From an uncultured bacterium (GTDB lineage Bacteria > Myxococcota_A > UBA9042 > PHBI01): a stretch of DNA of 64,000 nucleotides. Within the stretch, counting starts at the first letter, position 1. Each line of letters begins with the position of its first letter. The DNA lies in NCBI GenBank assembly GCA_938040325.1, contig CALHXW010000039.1, positions 13,513 through 77,512 on the forward strand. Reading direction: 5' to 3'. Below the pieces are notes generated by a model. That model did no database searches and had not been told where the DNA came from. It was given only the letters and a program-made list of their open reading frames with translations. Of this stretch, positions 1-9,969 are shown in pieces. The translations under genes were made by a program, and so were the position numbers.

Positions 1-859
1 AGCGGGTACCGAAGAGCCCCAGGTGCGGTCCACCGAACGAGGCCGGCACGCCGAGGCTCTGGCCTTCACCTGCGACAATGTCGGCCCCGAGGCTGCCAGG
101 AGACGCCAGCAGTCCGAAGGCAATGGCCTCCTGGAAGCCGGCAGTGAGCAACGCGCCATGGTCGTGGCAGAGCGCACTGGCGGCCGGGATGTCATCCATC
201 GTGCCGTAAAACGTCGGGTAGCCGACGATCGCGCCTGCAGCGCCGGCGTCGAGCTCGCGCTCGAGGGCTGTCAGATCGGTGGTGCCGGCCGACGTGACCG
301 GCAGCTCCACGTAAGCGGCTCCAGCGTTGCTCACGAAGAGCTCGATCACCTCGCGGTAGTGCGGGTGCAGCGCGCCGGAGACGAGCACACGTGCGTCGTT
401 GCGCTTCTTGACCCGAAGCATCATCAGCGCGGCTTCGGCGCAGGCGGACGCGCCGTCGTAGAGCGACGCGTTGACGACCTCGGTACCCAAGAGCTCACTG
501 ACCATCGTCTGGAACTCGAAGATGATCTGTAGCGTGCCTTGCGCGACTTCCGGCTGGTAGGGCGTGTACGCGGTGTAGAGCTCACCGCGCAGCAAGAGCT
601 GACTCACCGCGGTGGGGATGTGGTGACGGTAGGTGCCGCCACCAAGAAACGACGTCGCCCGCGACGCGGTCGTGTTGCGCTGGGCAAGCTGGCCCATATG
701 CGAGAGCAGGTCGGGCTCGCTCATCGCGCTCGGCACGTCCAAGAGCCCAGCAACACGAAGAGCCTCGGGGATGTCGGCAAAGAGGTCGTCGACGCAGGCG
801 ACGCCGATGGCCTCCAGCATGAACTGACGGTCGGCGTCGGTATGGGGGATGTACCGCAT
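1..859 (-). CDS. gcvPA: Glycine dehydrogenase (decarboxylating) subunit 1, runs off the window start
   Basis: Not in ORF track. Manual translation from ATG at 859 gives [19 protein letters not shown]...FLGGGTYRHHIP...YTAYTPYQPEVAQGTLQIIFEFQTM; start overlaps the gcvH stop. Confidence 0.92.
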   Translation of the reverse strand, partial: MRYIPHTDADRQFMLEAIGVACVDDLFADIPEALRVAGLLDVPSAMSEPDLLSHMGQLAQRNTTASRATSFLGGGTYRHHIPTAVSQLLLRGELYTAYTPYQPEVAQGTLQIIFEFQTMVSELLGTEVVNASLYDGASACAEAALMMLRVKKRNDARVLVSGALHPHYREVIELFVSNAGAAYVELPVTSAGTTDLTALERELDAGAAGAIVGYPTFYGTMDDIPAASALCHDHGALLTAGFQEAIAFGLLASPGSLGADIVAGEGQSLGVPASFGGPHLGLFGTR

Positions 860-1248
860 CAGTGGTCCTCGGCCTCAAGGTGCGCCCGGTAGGCATCGGC
901 GTCGAGCAGGCCTTCGGCATCGCCTGTGACCTTGAGCTTGACGATCCAGCCGTCTCCATAGGGCGAGGCATTGACCAGCTCCGGCTCGTCCTCAAGCCGC
1001 TCGTTGATCGCAACGATCTCGCCGGAGAACGGCGCGTACAGATCGGACACGCTCTTGGGCGACTCGACGGTGCCAAACGCATCGCCCTTGTCGACCGTGT
1101 CGCCCACCTCAGGCAGCTCCACCATCACAACGTCACCAAGCTGGGCTTGGGCGAAGTCGGTGATGCCAACGGTCACAACACCGTCGTCACCGGTTTGGGC
1201 CCACTCGTGGTCGGCGGTGTAGCTCAGGTCGTTTTTCACTTCAGCCAT
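859..1248 (-). CDS. gcvH: Glycine cleavage system H protein
   Basis: [22 protein letters not shown], lipoyl-lysine motif [22 protein letters not shown]. Confidence 0.96.
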   Translation of the reverse strand: MAEVKNDLSYTADHEWAQTGDDGVVTVGITDFAQAQLGDVVMVELPEVGDTVDKGDAFGTVESPKSVSDLYAPFSGEIVAINERLEDEPELVNASPYGDGWIVKLKVTGDAEGLLDADAYRAHLEAEDH

Positions 1249-1261
1249 GACAACCTCGGGA

Positions 1262-2350
1262 TTAGTCGCGGGAGAGGAAGGGTAGCTTGACCACGCGTGC
1301 GCTCTTGGTGCGCCCGCGGCAGTCGATGGTCAGTTCAGTGCCCGTGTCGCTCAGTGCGACAGGGACGTAGCCGAGCGCAATGGCGCGGCCCGTGGTGGGA
1401 GACTTCGTGCCTGATGTCACCGACCCGACGACCGCGCCAGCGTGCGCGATGGGGTAGCCAGGGCGGGGGATGCCGCGCTCGGTCAGCTCGAGTCCAACAA
1501 GCTTTCGGCTGACACCTTTGGCGGCCTGCGCCACCAGCGCGTCACGGCCTACGAAGTCGCCATCGTCGAGCCGCACGACCCACTCCAAGCCTGCTTCCAG
1601 CGGGGTCGTGGTGCGGTCGATGTCGTTGCCGTAGAGAGCGTACGCCATCTCAAGTCGCAGCGTGTCGCGCGCTCCGAGGCCGACTGGGCCAACGCCAAGG
1701 TCGGCTCCCTGCGTCATCAGCGCGTCCCACAGCGCCATCGCGACGCTGTTGGGGGCGTAGATCTCGCCACCGCGCTCGCCGGTGTAGCCGGTCGTGGCAA
1801 AGAGGACGGACGTGCCGGCAAACGTTCGCTCACGGATGCGAAACGGACGCAGCTTCGAGGTCTTGCCGATGACTCGGTCGAGCAGCTCGGTCGCATGCGG
1901 TCCCTGCACCGCGATCTGAGACCAGCTGTCGCTCTCGTCGGTCAGCTCGACATCCCCGCGAAGGTGCTCGCGCATGTGGGCGACGTCGGTGTGTCGGTTG
2001 GACGCGTTGACGCAGATGAGGACGTCGTCGTCGGCAAGGCGGTAGACGATCATGTCGTCGACGATCGTGCCGTCGGGCGCACACATCGCAGTGTACTGGG
2101 CGCGACCGTTGGCGATGCGGTTGAGGTCGTTGGTTGCAAAGCGGTTCGCAGCGGCGAGCGCGTCCTTGCCGCGCAGCCGGACCTCGCCCATGTGGGAGAC
2201 ATCAAAGAGTCCGACTGCCTCGCGCACCCGCGTGTGCTCCGCGACGATTCCGTCGTACTGGATAGGCATCTCGAAGCCTGCGAAGGGCACGAGACGCGCC
2301 TTCAACGCAACGTGGGCGTCGTAGAGCGCGGTGCGAGCGAGTTCGGACAC
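1262..2350 (-). CDS. gcvT: Glycine cleavage system T protein (aminomethyltransferase)
   Basis: [31 protein letters not shown]; start placed at GTG 2350 after a GAGGAGG SD. Confidence 0.95.
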   Translation of the reverse strand: MSELARTALYDAHVALKARLVPFAGFEMPIQYDGIVAEHTRVREAVGLFDVSHMGEVRLRGKDALAAANRFATNDLNRIANGRAQYTAMCAPDGTIVDDMIVYRLADDDVLICVNASNRHTDVAHMREHLRGDVELTDESDSWSQIAVQGPHATELLDRVIGKTSKLRPFRIRERTFAGTSVLFATTGYTGERGGEIYAPNSVAMALWDALMTQGADLGVGPVGLGARDTLRLEMAYALYGNDIDRTTTPLEAGLEWVVRLDDGDFVGRDALVAQAAKGVSRKLVGLELTERGIPRPGYPIAHAGAVVGSVTSGTKSPTTGRAIALGYVPVALSDTGTELTIDCRGRTKSARVVKLPFLSRD

Positions 2351-2444
2351 GCTGCCTCCTCTAGGTTTCGTGAGCGGTCGCACGCGGGACTATAGTGGTG
2401 CGTTTCAGGCTGGGCTACAGGATTCGCACGAGGCAAGCCTAGCC

Positions 2445-2607
2445 CTAGTTATAGATGCCGGAAGTTTGTTCCTAGGTCCCGACAGGCCGTCGTCGAGGTC
2501 GAGATCCGACGACGCCGACGTGTCGGGACCCTTCAAGAAGTCGGACCGAAGAGATCGGCGATGGACCGTCGAGGAGATAGGAACGAACTTCCGATCTCTG
2601 CAACTAG
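2445..2607. repeat. CTAG-bounded, nested inverted-repeat element (MITE-like or structured RNA)
   Basis: CTAG at 2445-2448 and 2604-2607; GGAAGTTTGTTCCTA (2460-2474) pairs with TAGGAACGAACTTCC (2578-2592); inner perfect IR GGTCCCGACA (2475-2484)/TGTCGGGACC (2521-2530). Confidence 0.65.
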
Positions 2608-4487
2608 CTGCCGAACTCGCGCTTGGTGGCCATGCGAAGCCTGCTGGCGAGAACGCCAGCCACCCGCCGTGACACCATGGGGTCGAGCATCGCTGCTTCG
2701 AAGTGCTCGTGCCCAAGGACCCAGCAGGAGGTCGTTCCTTTGGCACGAGCTGCAGCGGTCCGGGTGTTGCCGTCGATGAGTGCTACCTCACCGAAGCAGG
2801 ACGGTGCGTCGAGGGTGTTGAGCACGGTGTCGTTGATCGCGATCTCGATCCTGCCTGACGACAGGAGGTAGAGGGCGTTTGCCTCGTCGCCGTAGCTAAA
2901 GAGGACTTCGCCATCGGTGTAGTGCTCTTGCGACAGCGCAAGCGCCATGCTCACCAGCGCGTGGGCAGGTACATCTGCAAAGAGGCTGATCCGCTTGAGG
3001 TGCGCGATTCGCTCGAGCAGCTCGGCAACCGGACGCGGGAGCGGACGACGACCGTTGCTCGTCGCCACACGCTCGACCGCCTGCAGCCAGCGCTCATCGC
3101 CGAGGACGTCTTCGGGAGAGCTCTCCCCGGTGCCTGCGGCGGCGGCAGCAACGACGGCCTCCGGGGCAAGCTTCATCATGTCGTTCATGATCGCGACGAA
3201 CGTTGGCGCTTGGCTCTCACCTGCAGCGTTGAGGGCTCTAAAGGAGGTCCAATAGAGCTCAGCGGCGCGCGTACGGAGCCGCAGGCTGTCGAGCTTTCCG
3301 TCGAACGCACGCTCGATGGCCTGTGAGGCTGCGTCCACCGCGGCCAGTCGTCCTTCGGATGCCTCGTCGAGGAGCGGGTCGATCCGCTGGACATGGCGCG
3401 AGATCGTCTCCTCGCGGAGTCGCGCCTCGCGGCGTCCGTCGAGGTAGGCCTCGACCCCCTCGAGGAGGTCGCGGACGGAAGGCGGCCGGTCTTCTGGGCG
3501 TCGTGCCAGCGCGCGCATCGTCAGCTCGTCGAGCTCGCGAGGAATCCGTCGGTTGGGGGCGCGACGCGCCGGTGATGGGAAGTCTTCCCAGACGAAAGGG
3601 CCCCCTACGCCAGACGACGCACGCGGCATCGGCAGTTCCGTGGTGAGCAGCTCGTAGAGCAGAACACCCAGCGACCAGATGTCAGCACGCTCATCGAGGA
3701 TGTCCGGATCGGAGCCAGAGGCTTGCTCCGGCGACATGTAGCCTGGGCTGCCGCTCCAGAGCTCTCGCCGCGCCTGGGCTTTACCGCCAGCGCCGAGGAC
3801 TTTCGCGAGACCCCAGTCCGAGACCCACACCTCGCCGAGAGGACCGATGATGATGTTGGCGGGCTTGAGGTCGCAGTGGACCACGCCGCGCTCGTGGCAG
3901 AACACGATCGCACGCAAGATCTGGGCGAAGTACTCGAGGAGTCGGGGGAGGCGAGGCTCCTCAGCGCCCCGCTTTCGTCGGTCGAGGATGCGGTCGAGCG
4001 GCTCACCTTCGAGCCGCTTCATGGTGTAGTAGGGGCCAAAGACCTCGCTGCTGCCGGCGTCGTACACCGGCACGATGTTCGGGTGGTCAAGGGCGCCGGT
4101 AATGACGGCCTCCTCAACGAAAGCGCGCCGCATGATCGGCTCCGCAGCGTGGTGGTCGCGGAGCGTCTTGAGCGCCACGGTGCGGCGTAGCTGACGGTCG
4201 GCCGCTAGCTGGACGGTACCGATGCCGCCGTGGCCGATCACCGCCCCGAGGGCATAACGCTTGTCCCCCTCATCGGTGAGCTTCGGACCGTCTGGGGACA
4301 GACCCGGGTGGAGCGAGTCCCGGCTGTCGCTGATCACCGGCCGTCGCGTCTCATGTGCGCGCCGAATCGGTCGACTCCGGGAACGTTGCCCTAGGTTGCG
4401 CGTGGTGTTCGCGCGCAGGGTCGCGACGACGGAGTCAGAGTCTGAAACCCTGGGCCGTCGCAGGTTCTTTTCGTCATCGATTGCCAC
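2604..4487 (-). CDS. Ser/Thr protein kinase with C-terminal cyclic-nucleotide-binding domain
   Basis: IGHGGIG, VALK, HCDLKPAN, DWG, GSPGYMSPEQ; C-terminal FSYGDEANALYLLSSG...FGEVALIDGNTRTA. Confidence 0.88.
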   Translation of the reverse strand: MAIDDEKNLRRPRVSDSDSVVATLRANTTRNLGQRSRSRPIRRAHETRRPVISDSRDSLHPGLSPDGPKLTDEGDKRYALGAVIGHGGIGTVQLAADRQLRRTVALKTLRDHHAAEPIMRRAFVEEAVITGALDHPNIVPVYDAGSSEVFGPYYTMKRLEGEPLDRILDRRKRGAEEPRLPRLLEYFAQILRAIVFCHERGVVHCDLKPANIIIGPLGEVWVSDWGLAKVLGAGGKAQARRELWSGSPGYMSPEQASGSDPDILDERADIWSLGVLLYELLTTELPMPRASSGVGGPFVWEDFPSPARRAPNRRIPRELDELTMRALARRPEDRPPSVRDLLEGVEAYLDGRREARLREETISRHVQRIDPLLDEASEGRLAAVDAASQAIERAFDGKLDSLRLRTRAAELYWTSFRALNAAGESQAPTFVAIMNDMMKLAPEAVVAAAAAGTGESSPEDVLGDERWLQAVERVATSNGRRPLPRPVAELLERIAHLKRISLFADVPAHALVSMALALSQEHYTDGEVLFSYGDEANALYLLSSGRIEIAINDTVLNTLDAPSCFGEVALIDGNTRTAAARAKGTTSCWVLGHEHFEAAMLDPMVSRRVAGVLASRLRMATKREFGS

Positions 4488-4785
4488 CCGCTGAGTATAG
4501 ACACGTCATCAGAATCTGCGAGTCCCTTACGCAGACCGTCGTCCTGGCCGGTTGTGCTTTGTTCACGACGGCTGGTCCAAAGGCCGTCGGGCACTGGGCC
4601 GGCAGCCGCTTGTCTGACGTGCGAAGTGCCGGGGCGCTCGGCAGACTTCGGCAGCGGTCGGCCGCTCGCTGAGACGGAAGGGGGGCGTCCCAGCACCTAG
4701 CGCAAGACGTGAACGCTCGTAACCGACCTCGCGGCGTTTGGCTCCGTTTGAAGACTCTGGCGACAGTAACCAACCGTGCGGTGCT

Positions 4786-4895
4786 CTAGCAGCGTTCGGG
4801 GAATGCAATTCCCGATGACTTCGTGATGCGCACCACTGAGGCAACAACCTCAAGATCACCTTCCCAGAAACCGCATTGCCCGGCAACGCTGCTAG
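4786..4895. repeat. Palindromic intergenic element, family A, most complete copy
   Basis: Perfect 11-bp terminal IR CTAGCAGCGTT...AACGCTGCTAG; the right CTAG contains the folD stop; homologous to copies at 35967, 43522 and 62353. Confidence 0.8.
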
Positions 4896-5749
4896 CCCCG
4901 CTTCGTCGCACGCTCAGCAGCCTCGACGGTGTTGGCCAAGAGCGACGCAACGGTCATCGGGCCGACACCACCCGGGACCGGCGTGATCATCGCCGCGTTT
5001 GCTGCACCGCTGTCGGCCACGTCTCCGACGATCTCGCCGTTGGGGAGTCGGTTGATTCCGACGTCGATGACAATGGCACCGGGTCGCACCCAGCTAGACG
5101 TCACCAGCCCAGGGATTCCCACCGCGGAGATGAGAATGTCAGCCTGGCGTGCGTGCGCTGCAGAGTCGAGCGTGTGGCGGTGGCAGGTCGTGACCGTCGC
5201 ATTCGCGGCCAAGAGCAACGCGCCCAGCGGTCGGCCCACGATGACGCTGCGTCCCAGAATGACCGCATGACGTCCCTCGATCGGGACGTCGTAGGCACGC
5301 AGGAGATGAAGAATCCCGCGTGGCGTGCACGGGCTCAGTCCGTCCTGGCGTCGGAGGAGGGCTGCCGCGTTGTGAGGATGAAGGCCATCGACATCTTTCG
5401 CCGGATCCAGCCCAGCGATCGTGTGCTGAACGTCGATGTGGTCTGGCAGGGGCAGCTGGACGAGGATACCGTGGACAGCGGGATCGAGATTGAGACCGAC
5501 GATGGCGGCATCCAGCTCCGCTTGGGTGATCGTTGCCGGGAGTCGCACCACCTGAGAGCGGATCGATGACTTGTGGGCCATCCGTTCCTTGATACGCACG
5601 TAGATGGCGCTCGCAGGATGGTCGCCGACCAAGACCACGGCCAGCCCAGGCACGATACCGGCGGCAGCGAGCTTACGCGCGCGGCGCCGAACATCCTTGC
5701 GGAGAGAGCGTGCCACCTGTTTTCCATCGATGATCGTCGGCATAGCCAT
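4892..5749 (-). CDS. folD: Bifunctional methylene-THF dehydrogenase/cyclohydrolase
   Basis: IIDGK, YVRIK, HGILVQLPLP, KDVDGLHP, PCTPRG, GRSVIVGRP, TPVPGGVGPMT. Confidence 0.96.
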   Translation of the reverse strand: MAMPTIIDGKQVARSLRKDVRRRARKLAAAGIVPGLAVVLVGDHPASAIYVRIKERMAHKSSIRSQVVRLPATITQAELDAAIVGLNLDPAVHGILVQLPLPDHIDVQHTIAGLDPAKDVDGLHPHNAAALLRRQDGLSPCTPRGILHLLRAYDVPIEGRHAVILGRSVIVGRPLGALLLAANATVTTCHRHTLDSAAHARQADILISAVGIPGLVTSSWVRPGAIVIDVGINRLPNGEIVGDVADSGAANAAMITPVPGGVGPMTVASLLANTVEAAERATKRG

Positions 5750-5808
5750 TCAGCTATGATCCCGGTGGCCGTCGGTCAACCACTGTGCGTCCCGGCTGTC
5801 CCAGCGGC

Positions 5809-6942
5809 TTAGGTGCGGCGATTGTGGCGACCGAATCGCTGATCCGCTTGGCGGGCGAGGGTTGGCAACAGGGCCGCGCCGATCCCGAGCCCGACGCACA
5901 GGCCGCCGAGGTGGGCGCCGTGGTCGACGCCCATGGTGCCGGCGGTTGCGGATACGAGCACGTTCGAGACGAGGATGACCCCACCCACAAGCGTGGCCGT
6001 CGTGTAGCGAAGCGGGATGCGGCCGTAGCGCCTCTGGAACCACAGGCCAACGAAGAGCGCCATGCCCGCGAGCCCGCTGATGGCACCGCTGGCCCCCACC
6101 GTGTCGACAGGCAGATCCATCACGAGACGAAACAGGATGCTGACGAGGCCGCCGCCTACCGCGCAGAGCAGATAGACGCCCAAAAACCGTGCGTGACCGA
6201 GGACTTGCTCGAGGATTTGCCCCACGAGGATCAGCGCAGCCATGTTTAACACGACGTGCTGCCACGCCGGTAAGTGCACGAACGGGTAGGTGAGCAGGGC
6301 CCATGGCCTCGCGAGGTTCGGTGGGAGCGAGAGCGTCTGGTAGATGGCACCGCTCTCGTCGACCCGCTTGAGCAGGACGAACGCTGCGAGCGTGAGGCTG
6401 ACCAAGACCCAGACGACGAACGGGTCTCGGGTGCGGAACATCGCCCGAAAGGCGCGCACCAGCGAACGTTCCGTCTGAACGTCGGCCTGCGCGTCTCGGA
6501 GAGCGACGACCTCGGCCAAAAGATCGAGCCGGTCAACGGCTGCATCCGCCCGCTCGGCGCCGGCCAAGTGGGTCAGCAGCCGACTCCGCGGACGCGTCAG
6601 CAGCGTGCGATGGTGCTTGTCGAGTCGCGCCTGGTCTGCGTCGCTCAACCCCAGGGTGGCGAGGCGCTCAGCGGCTGCCTGCCGAGCTGTGTCCGACAGG
6701 CGTGGGTTGTCCTTCGCTGCTGAGAGTGCGACCGGCGACGCGTCGTCCTTGATATAGGCGAGGACATCGGCGGCTCGACAGGCATCGACACGCTCGCCCC
6801 AGATCCCTCGGAGGTAGTAGGGAAGGCGGTCCCACAGCGCAGATGCGACCGCGGCCCCGGAGAGCCGTGTGAGCTGCGTTGTCTGGCCAGGTGCGGTCGG
6901 ACTGGCCAGTGAGCGGTGTGGTGTGTTGGAGGGAGTCCCCAT
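5809..6942 (-). CDS. Rhomboid family intramembrane serine protease with N-terminal extension
   Basis: H...HVVLNM, GASGAISG, HGAHLGG and multiple hydrophobic helices; start uncertain (6942 or 6981). Confidence 0.85.
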   Translation of the reverse strand: MGTPSNTPHRSLASPTAPGQTTQLTRLSGAAVASALWDRLPYYLRGIWGERVDACRAADVLAYIKDDASPVALSAAKDNPRLSDTARQAAAERLATLGLSDADQARLDKHHRTLLTRPRSRLLTHLAGAERADAAVDRLDLLAEVVALRDAQADVQTERSLVRAFRAMFRTRDPFVVWVLVSLTLAAFVLLKRVDESGAIYQTLSLPPNLARPWALLTYPFVHLPAWQHVVLNMAALILVGQILEQVLGHARFLGVYLLCAVGGGLVSILFRLVMDLPVDTVGASGAISGLAGMALFVGLWFQRRYGRIPLRYTTATLVGGVILVSNVLVSATAGTMGVDHGAHLGGLCVGLGIGAALLPTLARQADQRFGRHNRRT

Positions 6943-7044
6943 GCGGCATCGATACCACTTCCCGGCGGTTTCGAAAATCACGGCACGACGCGAGGCGGCG
7001 ATGTCACTTTACCTGCCTGGTGCCGCAGTGGTAGCACGCCAGGC

Positions 7045-7710
7045 ATGGACGGATCGTTTTGGCGGCAGCGGTGGGCAGACGGGCGGATCGGCTTTCACGC
7101 CGCGGCGGCCAACCATCATCTGCTCGCTCATGCGGACCGGTTTCTGCCGGAGACGGGCGGCCGTGTCCTTGTGCCGCTCTGCGGCAAGACCGTCGACCTC
7201 ACGTGGCTCTCGGAACGCGGGCATGACGTCGTTGGTGTCGAGCTCGTCGAGAGCGCTGCTGTCGCCTACTTCGCCGAAGCAGGCCACGTCCCGACGGTTG
7301 CCGACATCGGTCCCTACACCGCCTACAGCCATGGCCGAGTCACGATATTGGTCGGCGACTTTTTGGCTCTAACGCCTGCCATCCTTGGGCCGGTCACCCA
7401 CATCTATGACCGGGCCGCCATGATTGCGCTTCCCCCGGCGATGCGGGTTCGCTTCGTTGAGGTGATGCGTCAGCACATGACGCCTGGTGTGACGCTGCTC
7501 TTGCTCACCATGACGTACGACCAGGCCGCTCTCCCGGGCCCTCCGCACTCTGTCGACACCGCCGAGGTGATGCTCGGCTACGCGGATGGCTGCACGGTGG
7601 AGCTGCTCGCCCAAGGCGACGCCGAGTCCATGCCCCCACGTTTTGCGGCCCACACGGTCACGACCAGCGATTGGCTGGTCACCGCCGGGCCTGCCCGCGA
7701 CTTGCGCTAG
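7045..7710 (+). CDS. tpm: Thiopurine S-methyltransferase
   Basis: FWRQRWADGRIGFH, RVLVPLCGKTVD, GVELVE, YDRAAMIALP, GPPHSV. Confidence 0.9.
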   Translation: MDGSFWRQRWADGRIGFHAAAANHHLLAHADRFLPETGGRVLVPLCGKTVDLTWLSERGHDVVGVELVESAAVAYFAEAGHVPTVADIGPYTAYSHGRVTILVGDFLALTPAILGPVTHIYDRAAMIALPPAMRVRFVEVMRQHMTPGVTLLLLTMTYDQAALPGPPHSVDTAEVMLGYADGCTVELLAQGDAESMPPRFAAHTVTTSDWLVTAGPARDLR

Positions 7711-7761
7711 CTTTCCGCTCTTAACCGAACAACCGCCGCGATAGCGGCACTGGAGACTTCC

Positions 7762-8253
7762 ATGGCGACGATCACCCTCAAAGGCAACCCCATCGAGACC
7801 AACGGCGATCTGCCGGCCGTCGGCTCAGCAGCCCCTGACTTCAAGCTCGTGAAGACCGACCTCTCGGAGGTCTCGCTCAGCGGACTGTCGGGCAAGACCG
7901 TGCTCAACATCTTCCCAAGCATTGACACGCCGGTCTGCGCGATGAGCGTCCGAGCGTTCAATGAGCGCGCCGCCGCACTCGAGGGCGTCACGGTGCTCAA
8001 CGTGTCCGCCGATCTGCCCTTCGCTCACAAGCGATTCTGCGGCGCCGAAGGCCTCGACAAGGTCGAGTCAGCATCCACGTTCCGTGGCTCGTTCCTCAGC
8101 GACTACGGCGTCAAGATCACGACCGGGCCGCTCGCCGGCGTTGGCGCGCGTGCCGTTGTCATCGTCGCCGACGGCAAGGTCGTCTACAGCGAGCTCGTGC
8201 CTGAGATCGCACAAGAGCCCAACTACGATGCGGCGCTCGCCGTCATCTCGTAG
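7762..8253 (+). CDS. tpx: Thiol peroxidase Tpx
   Basis: [40 protein letters not shown]. Confidence 0.95.
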   Translation: MATITLKGNPIETNGDLPAVGSAAPDFKLVKTDLSEVSLSGLSGKTVLNIFPSIDTPVCAMSVRAFNERAAALEGVTVLNVSADLPFAHKRFCGAEGLDKVESASTFRGSFLSDYGVKITTGPLAGVGARAVVIVADGKVVYSELVPEIAQEPNYDAALAVIS

Positions 8254-8424
8254 CGAACGCGGCTGAGGTCAGGCTGGAGCCGCTGCTTGGCGGCTTCGGT
8301 GCCTGCACCTTTGCCGACAACGCTACCAGCGCTCGCGCCGCTTCGGTGCTGTAGTCATCGGCGACGCGCACTCTTCGATGTCGGTGCTTGCCGGGCTCGC
8401 GTTGGGGCATACACTTCGACCACG

Positions 8425-9402
8425 ATGCGTCTACCCCGCCGACTCGCGAGCTCTTTGCTCGCCACGTTGCTCGTGTGCTCGACGGCTCTCGCGGCGGTTC
8501 CGGAACCGCCGCCGGCCGCGGGCGCGACCAAGCACATCAAGTTCTTCGCCGACGCCGCGGGCCGTGCCGCTGTGGAGCGCCTGCTTCCCGAAGCGGAAGA
8601 ACGCCTGATGCGCATCTGCAGCCAGCTTGGTGCGTGCGAGCGCATGCGCACGCCGATCCACATCTGGATTAGCGACGATGCCCAAGCGTTCGCTGAGGCA
8701 TTTGGGCACGAGACACCCATGGCGGAGTGGGCGGCTGGGGTCGCCTTCCTCGAGCAGAACCGGATTGCGCTCCGGGCTCACGGTACCGCTCTCTTCTCTC
8801 TCAAAGAGACCTTTGACCATGAGCTGAGTCACCTCATCGTCCACAGCTTTGGCGAGCTCTCGCGGGTTCCACGCTGGCTTAGCGAGGGGCTTGCGATCTG
8901 GCAGTCCGGCGAAGACGTGATCGGCCGACTCGACGCCGCGCACCGCGCCGCGCTGACTGGCAACCTGCTGTCGCTTGACGAGCTGACCGACCGCTTCCCC
9001 AACAAGGGGAGCCGGGTCGCGCTGTCGTATGCGATGAGCGCGCTCTTCGTCCGTCACCTCATCGACAGCGTCGGGCTGGACGTGATGCGGGCGAGCCTCA
9101 ACGACATGAGCGAAGGGCAGCCATGGCAGTCGGCGTTTGAGACCCGAGGAGACCTGTCGGTGACCGAGTCGTTCGAGGACTGGGTCGGGTCGCTCGAGGA
9201 CTCTACGTCTGTGCTGATGCTCTTTCGCGATGGAACGCTCTTTTGGATCCTCATGACGGTGCTCTTCACGATTGTGGCCATGATCGTGGTCCGGGAACGC
9301 AAGTCGCAGCTGGAAGACCTCGGCGATCGAGACGATGCCGAAGAGGCCTTCGATGAGCTACAGGCGCAGCGCGATGCGGGTCTGCCGCCGACCCTGCACT
9401 GA
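8425..9402 (+). CDS. Peptidase MA-like zinc metallopeptidase, signal peptide and C-terminal TM anchor
   Basis: HELSH followed by PRWLSEGLA; N-terminal signal; hydrophobic C-terminal helix. Confidence 0.75.
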   Translation: MRLPRRLASSLLATLLVCSTALAAVPEPPPAAGATKHIKFFADAAGRAAVERLLPEAEERLMRICSQLGACERMRTPIHIWISDDAQAFAEAFGHETPMAEWAAGVAFLEQNRIALRAHGTALFSLKETFDHELSHLIVHSFGELSRVPRWLSEGLAIWQSGEDVIGRLDAAHRAALTGNLLSLDELTDRFPNKGSRVALSYAMSALFVRHLIDSVGLDVMRASLNDMSEGQPWQSAFETRGDLSVTESFEDWVGSLEDSTSVLMLFRDGTLFWILMTVLFTIVAMIVVRERKSQLEDLGDRDDAEEAFDELQAQRDAGLPPTLH

Positions 9403-9607
9403 CGCGTTCGCTGGCATCGTGATGGCCGCACCGCAGGCCGGAAGCTCACTCACGGATAGCGCCCCGCGCTGAGGTTTACGCTCGCTCGCTCCCACGCGCG
9501 GGTTACCGGGTGTCGCGGAGTCTGCCTCTCGGATCAACGCCTCTACGTTTGCGTCGACGCCTCTTCGGTTGCGGTAGTGAGGTGCCGTGCCGAAGTCAGC
9601 CGGCTGC

Positions 9608-9663
9608 GCCGACGGTGACTGTCGACAGTCGCCGACAGTCGTCGACAGTCGGTTTCGACAGTC
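9608..9663. repeat. Phased 10-bp direct repeats (consensus GYCGACAGTC), candidate activator-binding site
   Basis: GTCGACAGTC-GCCGACAGTC-GTCGACAGTC at 9621-9650, degenerate units at 9608 and 9654; 14-bp palindrome GACTGTCGACAGTC at 9617-9630. Confidence 0.7.
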
Positions 9664-9788
9664 TGGAGCGCGCAACCGGCTACTGAAGCGACTCGTACTC
9701 GCGGTGCGGCATTCGTGTGATGGGCCGGAGAGCTGGTGCATCGATCCATGCCGTCGCGCGTCGGCAAGAAAGGCTGGATGTGTTTTTG

Positions 9789-9801
9789 TTTCAGTTGGTT
9801 G
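9789..9801 (+). promoter_or_regulatory. IHF-like binding site
   Basis: TTTCAGTTGGTTG has one mismatch to WATCARNNNNTTR and follows a T-rich tract in a GC-rich region. Confidence 0.4.
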
Positions 9802-9919
9802 CGGGCCTTGCCGGTCGGCGGTCTGCCCTGCCTCCTGGAGCGCGCGACGCTCTCTTGAGGGGCACTCAATGAGCGCCCGAGCGGGCCGAGTCGGGAAGAT
9901 TCCCATTGCCTGTCGGGGT

Positions 9920-9935
9920 TGGTACACCGGTTGCA
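9920..9935 (+). promoter_or_regulatory. Sigma54 -24/-12 promoter
   Basis: TGGTACACCGGTTGCA: GG-N10-GC with TTGCA, 34 nt before the ATG at 9970. Confidence 0.65.
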
Positions 9936-9969
9936 CTGACAGTGTCGGACCACTTGTCGGGAGGCGAGC

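Noticed and set aside
2351..2603. Glycine riboswitch upstream of gcvT
   Set aside because: No GGAGA...CCGAAG...CUCAGG aptamer signatures on the minus strand; the structure present is a nested inverted repeat
2445..2607. 6S RNA or retron msr-msd as a firm call
   Set aside because: No symmetric central bubble for 6S; no reverse transcriptase gene in the window
9608..9663. CRISPR array
   Set aside because: Units are 10 bp with no spacers; no cas genes
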